Shown: piece by piece, positions 1-8,988 of the stretch | Layout: every line of letters starts with the position of its first letter | Position numbering within the stretch: the stretch's first letter is position 1 | From: Waterburya sp. | GTDB lineage: Bacteria; Cyanobacteriota; Cyanobacteriia; Cyanobacteriales; Xenococcaceae | Assembly (NCBI GenBank): GCA_965217895.1 | Contig: CBDCJV010000002.1 | Coordinates: 1,632,001-1,696,000 of the forward strand | DNA: 64,000 bases | Reading direction: 5' to 3' | Program-made: the position numbers and the translations under genes | The notes under the pieces: model-generated | Databases searched by the model: none | What the model was told of the DNA's origin: nothing | The model's input: only the letters and a program-made list of their open reading frames with translations

Positions 1-615
1 TTTTTCGATGTCTCCCGCAGTGTTTAAAAGACCAGAAAAATTATTAACCGCGCTACTAATACCAACAACCGTACCAATAAAGCCTAATAGAGGAATTGCC
101 CAAACCAAAATACGAGGCACAGAGTAAGAAGATTCTGAGGCACTCAGATAGAAAGAAGAATCATCTAGAGCAAACTCATTAGCCACAGTGCGATCGCCAC
201 TTTTTACGTAGGCTTTCAAGATTCGTCCACATCTTAGTGCGATTAAGTTCCTGTCTTTCATCAACCGCTGCTGAAAATAGTCTACCTCATGAGCCTCAGG
301 CTGATCTAAAGGTATGTGATCGGCAATCCATATTTTGCTCAAGGCAGTATATTCTTTTCTCAGCAGCAAAAATTTCAAGATCGAAGTTGCCAACACTATC
401 GCCGACAATGCAACTACCAAGTATTGAATAGGACCTCTTTCAAATAGTAATACTCCAACATAAGATTGCCTAAATGGTGGCACAATGCCGATTACACCAT
501 AGGTGACTAGAAAAATTGCTAATGCCAATAACAATAGAAAGATCGGGTCAACTTCTAATTCCTGACGTTTGGAGTTTCGACTACGGGCTTTAGGCTTAAG
601 GCTTAACTTACTCAT
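1..615 (-). CDS. MotA/TolQ/ExbB proton-channel family membrane protein (3' end outside window)
   Basis: Manual translation from ATG 615: MSKLSLKPK...PRILVWAIPLLGFIGTVVGISSAV...; the PLLGxxGTVxG motif is typical of the family. Not in the ORF track. Confidence 0.85.
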   Translation of the reverse strand, partial: MSKLSLKPKARSRNSKRQELEVDPIFLLLLALAIFLVTYGVIGIVPPFRQSYVGVLLFERGPIQYLVVALSAIVLATSILKFLLLRKEYTALSKIWIADHIPLDQPEAHEVDYFQQRLMKDRNLIALRCGRILKAYVKSGDRTVANEFALDDSSFYLSASESSYSVPRILVWAIPLLGFIGTVVGISSAVNNFSGLLNTAGDIEK

Positions 616-841
616 ACTGGTTTTCAATTATGATTTTATGACTATTACAGCTTAGAGGTTCTATGTTTGTTAGTAATAGCTTATGAATTACTTCCTAGTC
701 AATCTACTATCTTAGTCTAGGGAGCTATATGATTACGATGTACTTGATTTTCCTCCTTAGAAAACCAAATTCAAGTAAAAAAAACGGATACAACAAAAAA
801 GCGATCGCTAGTTATTTTTATACAGCGATCGCCTTTTACAA

Positions 842-1162
842 TTAAACGGAACTAGATTCTTTAATTAACAATGGTTCTAACTGTCCTTGAGCATCTAAAT
901 CATAAAGATCATCACAGCCACCTAAATGCTGATTATTAACAAAGATCTGGGGTACACTTTTTTTGCCATTAGCCCGTTGAGCCATTTGCGCTCTAGCTTG
1001 TTCGTCGCCGTCTATTTTATATTCGGTAAATTCAACTCCTTTCCACCACATTAGTAGCTTGGCACGGATGCAAAAAGGACAGGTAGTCCAAGTATACATT
1101 TCCACATCAGCCTTATATTTTTCTGGGTGACGATTTAATAAAGGGTTTAGAAAATCAAGCAT
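842..1162 (-). CDS. grxC: Glutaredoxin 3
   Basis: CPFC active site, SVPQIF and GGCDDL motifs; start placed at MLDFLNP (ATG 1162). Confidence 0.92.
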   Translation of the reverse strand: MLDFLNPLLNRHPEKYKADVEMYTWTTCPFCIRAKLLMWWKGVEFTEYKIDGDEQARAQMAQRANGKKSVPQIFVNNQHLGGCDDLYDLDAQGQLEPLLIKESSSV

Positions 1163-1244
1163 CTTATTAACTGGTATATATTTGGATGAATTATAACGAT
1201 TATTATCACTTATATTTGTTCGCAGGCGAAAGCGATCGCACTTT

Positions 1245-1958
1245 TCAACTATTAAGCTCAAATTTACGATATTTATCTAGCCTCTCATAAGCTGCGTAAT
1301 CAATAGGTAAGCTTTCGTAGGTAACTAAATAATCGTCACTCCATTTCTGTAGATAATTATTAAACCAAATGTTATTTGGAATGAGATCGTGAGTATCTGC
1401 TTTTCCTGCATTATGACTCAGATGAATTGCCCCCACTGAATCAGAATTAAGCAAATTCAGACAAGTCTCTTTAGTTGCAGTGGTATTACTCTGATACCAA
1501 ATGTTTACATGAGAGACATCGAGTAATAAAGGAAAATCAATTAGAGTTTGGATGCTAGAACACCAATACTTATCCGAAGGCATCACTTCCAAATACACAG
1601 GTACTTGTAATGCTTTCTGCATTTTTATCATTGCCACTTCTAATTCTTTTTGACTGCAATGACTTCTTAGTGGTGGATGAAGAGATACGGCTAAAACTTT
1701 ATGACTGGTGGTGAAATCAGCGTAAGTTTTCCAGGACGATGGTTGTAAAGGATCTAGTTTATAGCGAAAATAGCGATCGTATAAACAAGAATCGTGGAGG
1801 ATCAAAGGAATATCTGGATAGTCGCGATCAATCTCGCATTTACTGCCAATCGCTAATTCCAGATAATCTAATTTTAAAGGTAACTTTAGAGTGTGAAAAA
1901 TATCCATACACTCATCAAAACCTCTCAAGCCTATAGCCGTTATACTTAATCCTTTCAT
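1245..1958 (-). CDS. Hypothetical metal-binding TIM-barrel protein (xylose-isomerase/AP-endonuclease-2/DUF692-like)
   Basis: Motifs SLHP, YLEVMP, LLLDVSH, AIHLSHN..DTH and VTYE match the metal-ligand pattern of this superfamily. Confidence 0.55.
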   Translation of the reverse strand: MKGLSITAIGLRGFDECMDIFHTLKLPLKLDYLELAIGSKCEIDRDYPDIPLILHDSCLYDRYFRYKLDPLQPSSWKTYADFTTSHKVLAVSLHPPLRSHCSQKELEVAMIKMQKALQVPVYLEVMPSDKYWCSSIQTLIDFPLLLDVSHVNIWYQSNTTATKETCLNLLNSDSVGAIHLSHNAGKADTHDLIPNNIWFNNYLQKWSDDYLVTYESLPIDYAAYERLDKYRKFELNS

Positions 1959-1987
1959 TTGATAAATAATTTTTTATAGTGAAATTT

Positions 1988-3829
1988 TTAAAAAGGAATT
2001 TCGTCCCAATCAAGATATTGCAGTACTTTTCGTGCTTTTGATTTAGATTCAGCCTGTGTTTTGCTATTTTCTAATATTTCGACTAATAAGTTGCCTGCTG
2101 CTTCCCGATATTCTTTTGATACCGCAAATAAATTACTGGCTTCAGCTTGACTATGTAATTCTTCGCCGATTTTTATGTATACTTTTTGCAGCACAATTTC
2201 TTCTTTAATAAATGCAAAATGACCTATACCGTCTTTCCAAAACTTACTTAACAGCTTAATATTTTCGGGCAAATCTAGATAATCAATTAATTTTGCATAA
2301 TTTTCCCAATTATCTAAATTGCGCTCATATTCAATCTGATTGTCATCACACCAAGTATCGATATGTTTCGGATGATATATGCACCGACTCCTTCTAAAAC
2401 TATCTGATAACTTATCATCCATCCAGATGATATCTTTGATTGCCCATACTATTTGATAATCACTCAAATTATCCCATTCACTTTTATACGGAAAATTATT
2501 AGCAATACACCATTGTTTTGCATCAAAATTTGGATTTTCTTTTCGCCATTCAAAGCCGATTTTTGTTTCTTTGATTAGTTGTCGATGTAAAGCCTCTGCT
2601 GCTGCTTCTGCTTGTTGTTTATTCGTATAACAATATATGCGTTGGCTCTGTTCTACGCGATCTCTTATATCATTTTCTTTCAACTGGCAACGAAGTTGCT
2701 CAGGATAATCAACATAATCCCAAAGAGCTTGAAGAGATTCATCTGTGTAGCATCTTCCTGCTTGATAGATGCTATATATCTTATCTCCAGGGTTGAGTCT
2801 TACTCCTTGACAAATAGCCTGTTGCGCGTTTTCTGATTTAATTCCCTGCAACAATTGATAAGCAAGGTTTCTAATTTCTAACTGAGAACTATTGAGTGCT
2901 GCTAATAGTGAATTTGTCTCTGATTCTTCTGAAGATAATGATAATTCTTCTACATCTTGACCATAAGAATATCTATATGTGTCTTTATATCCTACGATCT
3001 GAGAATAATATGGATCAATACTTAAATAAGTAGTTTTATCAAAAACTACTTTAGTGACAAATGCGAAGCTGCCTACTAAATCTTGCCAAAGCCAATTTAA
3101 TAAATCTAAGTTTTTGCTGGATTTTAAGTAACTTTCGACAGTTGACCAATAGATATAGTCTTGAGAATCTGATATACCGTAGATTTTACGCCATCTATCC
3201 AAACCTTGTTTTAGATCTTTTTCTTTTTGAAGATCATTGACTGCTTGTGTTATGCCATAGCAATCGCACCACTGTTTAATTGTTTCTCTATCGTCCTTAA
3301 GATCGAATTCTGTAATGCTTACTTTAGATATTCTTTTATTGTGTAATGATTCTGCCGATAATTTTGCTTGCTGATAATTAATAAAGTATGGAGCAAAAGT
3401 AATTATATAAGCTGCTTTATCAAATCTGATGATTTTATAATTTTGATTGATATAGTCATTGTAGGTAATTAAATGTCTTTCTTTATCTACATTTGAGGGC
3501 TGATGTAACCTATAACAATGATCGTCAAACCACATTGTGCTTTTTCTAACATAAAAAATTTTATCCCCAGGGTTAAATAAAAGTCCTGGAGCGATCGCAT
3601 CCTGCACCTTATCTGACTCTATATCTCCCAAGAGTTTATATGCTGTTGCTCTAATTTCTAATTCGGGATCTTCAAGACATTGGATCAGAAAGTCTATGCC
3701 TGATTTTCCATATTTCAAAAATTTGGGTAGTAAATAAGTTTTGCTGCGATCGCTTTCCCAAGCTCTAACAAGAAAGTCAAAAGACTTTTGTTTATAATCT
3801 TTTGGTCTGGCAATAAATTCTGCCACCAT
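1988..3829 (-). CDS. C-terminal two modules of a three-module repeat protein (HEAT-like cap plus PGDK module); continuous with 3982-4578 across a frameshift
   Basis: Internal repeats LEIRATAYKLL..GLLFNPGDKIFY and LEIRNLAYQLL..GVRLNPGDKIYS; this frame stays open upstream to the A11 run at 4096-4106. Confidence 0.75.
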   Translation of the reverse strand: MVAEFIARPKDYKQKSFDFLVRAWESDRSKTYLLPKFLKYGKSGIDFLIQCLEDPELEIRATAYKLLGDIESDKVQDAIAPGLLFNPGDKIFYVRKSTMWFDDHCYRLHQPSNVDKERHLITYNDYINQNYKIIRFDKAAYIITFAPYFINYQQAKLSAESLHNKRISKVSITEFDLKDDRETIKQWCDCYGITQAVNDLQKEKDLKQGLDRWRKIYGISDSQDYIYWSTVESYLKSSKNLDLLNWLWQDLVGSFAFVTKVVFDKTTYLSIDPYYSQIVGYKDTYRYSYGQDVEELSLSSEESETNSLLAALNSSQLEIRNLAYQLLQGIKSENAQQAICQGVRLNPGDKIYSIYQAGRCYTDESLQALWDYVDYPEQLRCQLKENDIRDRVEQSQRIYCYTNKQQAEAAAEALHRQLIKETKIGFEWRKENPNFDAKQWCIANNFPYKSEWDNLSDYQIVWAIKDIIWMDDKLSDSFRRSRCIYHPKHIDTWCDDNQIEYERNLDNWENYAKLIDYLDLPENIKLLSKFWKDGIGHFAFIKEEIVLQKVYIKIGEELHSQAEASNLFAVSKEYREAAGNLLVEILENSKTQAESKSKARKVLQYLDWDEIPF

Positions 3830-3981
3830 GTTTTCTTCAAATGTTCTTTGAGTCAGCTTTTCTTCAATTCTTAACTGAACCTTTTGCTGAATAAATTCTT
3901 CTTGGACAAAGGCAAAACGTCCTATACCATCTTTCCAAAACTTACTAAGTAACTCAATATTTTCTGGTAAGTAAAGGTAAT

Positions 3982-4578
3982 CTAATACATCGCTTTTACT
4001 CTTCCAATTATTTTCATCGTAATCAATATTATTTTCGATACACCACTGCTCAAAACTTGAATCTTTTTGTTCCCATTCAAAACCAAGACCACCAATTTTT
4101 TTTTTTGAATAAGTTCTCTATGTAAAGCTTCTGCTTTTTCTTCTGCTTCTTGTTGGTTCAAATAGCAAAACAATCGTTTACTCTTACAAAATTCTTCTTC
4201 CTCATGAAAGTGAAAGTACTCTTCCCCATAAACGAGAACATCAAGCTCCTCTAAATAAGCAACATGGTCATTGATAGAATATCCATCGTCATTAAATGAA
4301 GTACCAGATTGATAAACGCTGTAGACTTTATCTCCTGGATTGAGCATTAGTCCTAATGCGATCGCTCTTTGTGCTTTCTCCGACTCAACATCTTGTAAAA
4401 GATTATAAGCTTTTGCTCTAATTTCCAGTTCAGAATCACTGAGGCGGTCGATTAAGAAATTAATCCCCGAATCTCCGTACTCTAACGCTTGGGGTAACAA
4501 AGATACTTGCTGTTCAATACTGCTGTTAGCGATGCCTTTGGCTAGCTTCGCAATCGCCTTAAGCAATTTTTCCATCAC
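3982..4578 (-). CDS. N-terminal module of the same repeat protein, cut off by a frameshift in an A11 run
   Basis: LEIRAKAYNLL..GLMLNPGDKVYS; adding one A gives IGGLGFEW..LPENIELLSKFWKDGIGRFAF running in frame into MVAEFIARP. Confidence 0.75.
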   Translation of the reverse strand: MMEKLLKAIAKLAKGIANSSIEQQVSLLPQALEYGDSGINFLIDRLSDSELEIRAKAYNLLQDVESEKAQRAIALGLMLNPGDKVYSVYQSGTSFNDDGYSINDHVAYLEELDVLVYGEEYFHFHEEEEFCKSKRLFCYLNQQEAEEKAEALHRELIQKKKLVVLVLNGNKKIQVLSSGVSKIILITMKIIGRVKAMY

Positions 4579-4673
4579 TAATTACCGACTCTCATTCAGA
4601 CGCAAAATGATTATAAAATTAACTTGATTAATAAATCAAGAGCAAAATAGTTGGTTGCGAAATTTCCCTGACT

Positions 4674-7079
4674 CTATTTAAGATGCACTATCGTTACTCC
4701 CGAACCACCTTCTTTTTGTTCGGCTAGTTCAAACTTATCTACCTGTGAGTGACGCTTGAGAAACTCATGCACGCCATTGCGTAAACGTCCCGTACCCTTG
4801 CCGTGAATTATCCAGAGTACTCCTGATTCTATAGCACGGGCGATCGCATTATCTATTTCAATTTCCGCACTATCTACTCGTTGACCACGAATATCTAAAG
4901 TGTTCTTAGAAGTTCTTACCATCACCGCAGGTTTTTTTGGCTGGGCTTGTGTCAGAGGTTTTTTCGTAGCTTGGGTTTTAGGCTTGACTTCGGCTTTTTG
5001 TCCGTCGAGAGACTCAATCTCTGCCAAGCCGACATTCATTTTCATGATGCCAAATCGTACCGATAGCTGTTCCGTATCTTCGTCAAAGCTAAGTACGTCT
5101 GCTGTTTGATTGAGGCGAGGAATTCTAATTTTTTCACCCACTTTCGGCTTGTAACCTGGCTTTTTGGCTTTTGGTGTTTGAGTTTTCGCTAATTCTTTAG
5201 CTGTAATTCTGTCTAAAGCCTCTGTCGCCTGTTGGGTTTTTTGCATGGTTCGATCTCCCTGCTGTAGCCGATGAATAACTTTTGCCACTTCTTTTTTGGC
5301 TTGAGCGATCGCATCTTGTACCGTCTGTTCCTGGTAAGCTTTTAGTGCCTGTTCTCTTTCTTGAAGAGAAGCCGCCTTGGCTGATACTTCAGCATAAAAA
5401 CGCTCGGTTTGTTCTAATAGCTTTCCTGCTTCTTGGGCTTTAGCTTCTTGTTCTCGCCTTTGTGCTTCTAAAGCCGCAATTACCTGATTTACATCTTCGT
5501 CTGAACCTGTACCCACTAGAGATTGGGCTTGTTCAATAATCTCGCTGTTTAAGCCTAGACGCTGGGCTATAGTCAGGGCATTAGAACGCCCAGGAATCCC
5601 CCACAGCAGGCGATAAGTAGGCTGAAGAGTGCTGTCGTCAAACTCTACCGAGGCATTTTCAAACCGAGAATCTTCATACTTAAGGGCTTTTAGTTCCCCG
5701 TAGTGAGTTGTGGCAATAGTTAACAAGCCGTGTTCTGCTAAGTATTTTAACAGGGCGATCGCCAAAGCACTTCCTTCGACGGGATCTGTTCCTGCACCAA
5801 CTTCATCTAACAGGATCAGAGAGTTGGCAGCATTATCTTTTAAAGCAGCAATTATGCGACTAATACGGCGTATATGCCCTGAAAATGTTGACAAGCTCTG
5901 TTGTAAAGACTGTTCATCGCCAATATCTGCTAAAACTACATCAAACCAAGGTAATTCTACAGGCACTTGCGCGGGGACAAACATTCCTGCTTTCGCCATC
6001 AGCGCAGCTAAGCCTATTGTCTTAAGGGTAACGGTTTTGCCTCCCGTATTTGGTCCTGTGATCGCTACAACTTTTGTTTCGGGCTTTACTAGAACATCAA
6101 TGGGAACTACCTCTATTCCTGATTCGTGACGTTGTTGCCAAACCAATAAGGGATGACGCAGGCGACGTAAAGTTGTAGTTTCGCTTTTAGCCGTATCAAT
6201 AAACCTGGGAGGATTAGCTTCTAACCATAAGCCATATCGCGCCCTAGCTGTAGCTAAATCTAACATGGTGGCTACAGCTAAAACTTGCTCTAAATCTGAC
6301 TGCACCTCTCCTACCTTTTCTGATAGAGCTTTTAAGATTATTTCTTCTTCTCGCTTTTCCTGGCGTTCTTTTTGCCGTAACTGATTACCTAGTTCCACTA
6401 TGGCATTTGGCTCGATGTAATAGGTTGAACCTGTACTAGAAACATCATGAACAATACCTTTAATTGTCTCCTTGGAAGCTGGCTTAACTGGTAAGACAAA
6501 GCGATCGCCCCTTTGAGTAATTACGGCTTCTTGGATTGCCGTAGAGTTACGCTGCATAATGCCTTGCAGCACTTTATAAATGCGACTACGCAAGTTTTTA
6601 ATTTCGCTGCGAATTTCTGCTAGTTTAGGGTTAGCGCGATCGGCTATTTCGACGCGATCGTCGATACAGTGATGAATTTCTTTTTCAATTTCGGGATAGG
6701 TGCGTACATCAGCAACTAATTCAACCAGAGTAGGTAACTCTTCGCTTTTACCATCAATTAAACGGCGTAAATAGCGCATTCCAGCTAGGGTAGTAGCTAT
6801 GTCTAAAAGCTCTTGTGCCAATAGTACCCCGCCGATGCCAACTCTTTCTAAAGCTGCACCTACATCCTTTATTCCTTTAAAAGTCCAGCCAGAATCTAAC
6901 TCTTGTTCTAAGCTATATATCTCTTTTGTTTGGGCTAATAGTCTTTCGCTTTCTGCCTGAGTATTCGGCAATTTCAACTGACGCGCTGCCACAACCCCCA
7001 GTTTCGTTGCGGCAAAAGTGGATAAATTCTGGCATAGGCGATGCCATTCTAATAAATCTAAAGTCTCTGTAGTAATCAC
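4674..7079 (-). CDS. mutS2: Endonuclease MutS2
   Basis: GPNTGGKT Walker A, LSTFSGH, LLDEVGAGTDP, C-terminal Smr domain (IIHGKGTG). Confidence 0.97.
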   Translation of the reverse strand: MITTETLDLLEWHRLCQNLSTFAATKLGVVAARQLKLPNTQAESERLLAQTKEIYSLEQELDSGWTFKGIKDVGAALERVGIGGVLLAQELLDIATTLAGMRYLRRLIDGKSEELPTLVELVADVRTYPEIEKEIHHCIDDRVEIADRANPKLAEIRSEIKNLRSRIYKVLQGIMQRNSTAIQEAVITQRGDRFVLPVKPASKETIKGIVHDVSSTGSTYYIEPNAIVELGNQLRQKERQEKREEEIILKALSEKVGEVQSDLEQVLAVATMLDLATARARYGLWLEANPPRFIDTAKSETTTLRRLRHPLLVWQQRHESGIEVVPIDVLVKPETKVVAITGPNTGGKTVTLKTIGLAALMAKAGMFVPAQVPVELPWFDVVLADIGDEQSLQQSLSTFSGHIRRISRIIAALKDNAANSLILLDEVGAGTDPVEGSALAIALLKYLAEHGLLTIATTHYGELKALKYEDSRFENASVEFDDSTLQPTYRLLWGIPGRSNALTIAQRLGLNSEIIEQAQSLVGTGSDEDVNQVIAALEAQRREQEAKAQEAGKLLEQTERFYAEVSAKAASLQEREQALKAYQEQTVQDAIAQAKKEVAKVIHRLQQGDRTMQKTQQATEALDRITAKELAKTQTPKAKKPGYKPKVGEKIRIPRLNQTADVLSFDEDTEQLSVRFGIMKMNVGLAEIESLDGQKAEVKPKTQATKKPLTQAQPKKPAVMVRTSKNTLDIRGQRVDSAEIEIDNAIARAIESGVLWIIHGKGTGRLRNGVHEFLKRHSQVDKFELAEQKEGGSGVTIVHLK

Positions 7080-7287
7080 GCTCAGTCTATCTTGTTTATA
7101 TTGCCGGTCTTAATAATTAAATTAGCCTGTAGCGGTATGCTTTGTCTTCACTCCAGGGTTAGAGGATAGGTTTTAGGCGATTAAAGAAATTAAATCTCTT
7201 TAATCCATGCTTAGGAAGCTAAAAGTTTTTGTCAGAGCAGTTTTATTATCTAAAGTATAAGTATATTGCAACGCTTTATGTAAAAAA

Positions 7288-7317
7288 GTTACACTTAGTT
7301 AAGAATAGTTGACCAAC
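7288..7317 (+). promoter_or_regulatory. Imperfect HLR1-like (RpaB) direct repeats upstream of hli
   Basis: GTTACACTTA GTTAAGAATA GTTGACCAAC with 10-bp period; HLR1 sites are known upstream of hli genes. Confidence 0.5.
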
Positions 7318-7356
7318 GGTCACAGCAGTTCTCTGCAACTACAGGAGTAATTAATT

Positions 7357-7500
7357 ATGCAAAAGAAAGAAGGCAAGTTTGGCTTTACCAATTACGCAGA
7401 AATCTGGAATGGTCGTTTAGCGATGATTGGTTTCGTTACCGCCATTATTGTAGAAATGAATACTGGACATGGAGTTTTGGCTCAGTTGGGTCTGATGTAA
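7357..7500 (+). CDS. hli: High-light-inducible protein (Hli/Scp), 47 aa
   Basis: [47 protein letters not shown]; ExxNGRxAMxG chlorophyll-binding motif; AGGAG RBS. Below the ORF-track size cutoff. Confidence 0.95.
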   Translation: MQKKEGKFGFTNYAEIWNGRLAMIGFVTAIIVEMNTGHGVLAQLGLM

Positions 7501-7604
7501 CTTGTAACTCTAAGTACAGGACAAAAATTGCAATGAGTCAAAAAATTCAGCTTGTTTGAAATCCAAATCAGTAAGAATCAAACGTAAATAATCTAAACCA
7601 GTAG

Positions 7605-7635
7605 GGAAGATGCTTTTAGCTAATCTTCCATTTTT
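7605..7635 (+). terminator. Probable intrinsic terminator after hli
   Basis: GGAAGAT...ATCTTCC stem followed by ATTTTT. Confidence 0.5.
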
Positions 7636-7898
7636 CTGCTTATTTGCAAGTTTATAGTTTATTTTTTGTCCTGTACAAAGATTCAGTACTTATGAAAATA
7701 CCACCACCATTAAACCTAGCCGTATTACCACTAATAGTTATGTGTATTCTTTAATTTGTGGCTAAATTAAAATCTAAACTTTATCGCCTCAAAGATCGAG
7801 AAGATGGAAACTGGATAATGCTGCGATCGCGACTGTTAGGGACAAGTAAGCCAAGACAAACTACACTATCGTTTGGCGGTACTTGAAAAGCAAAGAAA

Positions 7899-8943
7899 GT
7901 GATTTTAAAGTTTATTGTTCGAGTTAAAAAGTTAATTTTTCTATTCGCTATTGGTGTTACCGTCTTCTTTTTTCTAGGTCTTTTGACTACTGCACCAAGC
8001 CATACGCCACAAAAATCTGAGTCGATCAAAGGCATCTGGCTAAGTCATTTTGGCAATGCTTTTCTAACTTATACAAACCTGACAGACAATGCTTTTCATC
8101 AACTATCTCGTCTTAATTACAACCGAGTTTATATTGATGTCTACAATAACGGGACAGCTTATTCTAGCAAGTATGCTCCCAGAAACTATCTCGTATCTTT
8201 GCCTTTTATTAATCCTTTAAAAACTGCTATTAAAGAAGGAAAACGCCAAGGTTTAAAAGTATATGCTTGGTATGAACATGGAATGATGACTTTTCCTAAT
8301 TCAGAGTTAGCTAGGCAACATCCAGATTGGATTTTGGTCACTAGTCAAGGCGAAAAGTTAATCGATCATCATTGGTGGTTAGATCCAGCTAACCCTGAGG
8401 TACAGCAATACTTTGTAAATTTATTTACTGAAGTTGCAGCGTCCTATTCTCGATCTTTACGGTATTTAAATTGACGATCATTGGAGTATACCAATTCAGT
8501 TTGGCGACAAAACTGTTGAGATGACACAGTTAACCCACAAGGTAGTAAAAGCGATCAGAAAAATTAGACCAGACTTAGTTATTTCTCTTTCTCCTCATCC
8601 TTTAGGATTTTCCCTAAATAAATATTCACAAGATTGGCTAGCTTGGATTAAAGAGGGACTAATCGATGAATTAGTGATGCAGCTTTATCGTCAAACTAGC
8701 CAAGAAGTCGCACTGTCAATCGATAACTCTATTTTACCTGAAGTAAAAAACTATGCAGATGTGGCAGTTGGTATTTATGCAGGTGGTTTGACAAATCAAA
8801 AGCCCTTAGCCGAGATCCAACAACAAATGAATATAGTTAAACAATATGACTATGGCTACGCAATTTTTTCCTGGGAAGCTTCATTTGGCTTATTGCGTTG
8901 GAGTAATCGTCAGCAAAAAGAAAACTTTCTCAAGGCAATTTAG
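7899..8943 (+). pseudogene. GHL10/DUF187 glycoside hydrolase, disrupted by a frameshift and a stop near 8450-8470
   Basis: IKGIWL..VYAWYEHG..WLDPANPEVQ; the shifted frame reads DLYGI*IDDHWSIP..EMTQLTHK and joins the 8521 ORF. Confidence 0.85.
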
Positions 8944-8988
8944 CTGTTGCTTATTAATAACTATCTTCATTCAGGATATTCTTAATAA

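Noticed and set aside
7279..7293. TGTA..TACA palindrome upstream of hli as an NtcA site
   Set aside because: The spacer is 7 nt, not 8.
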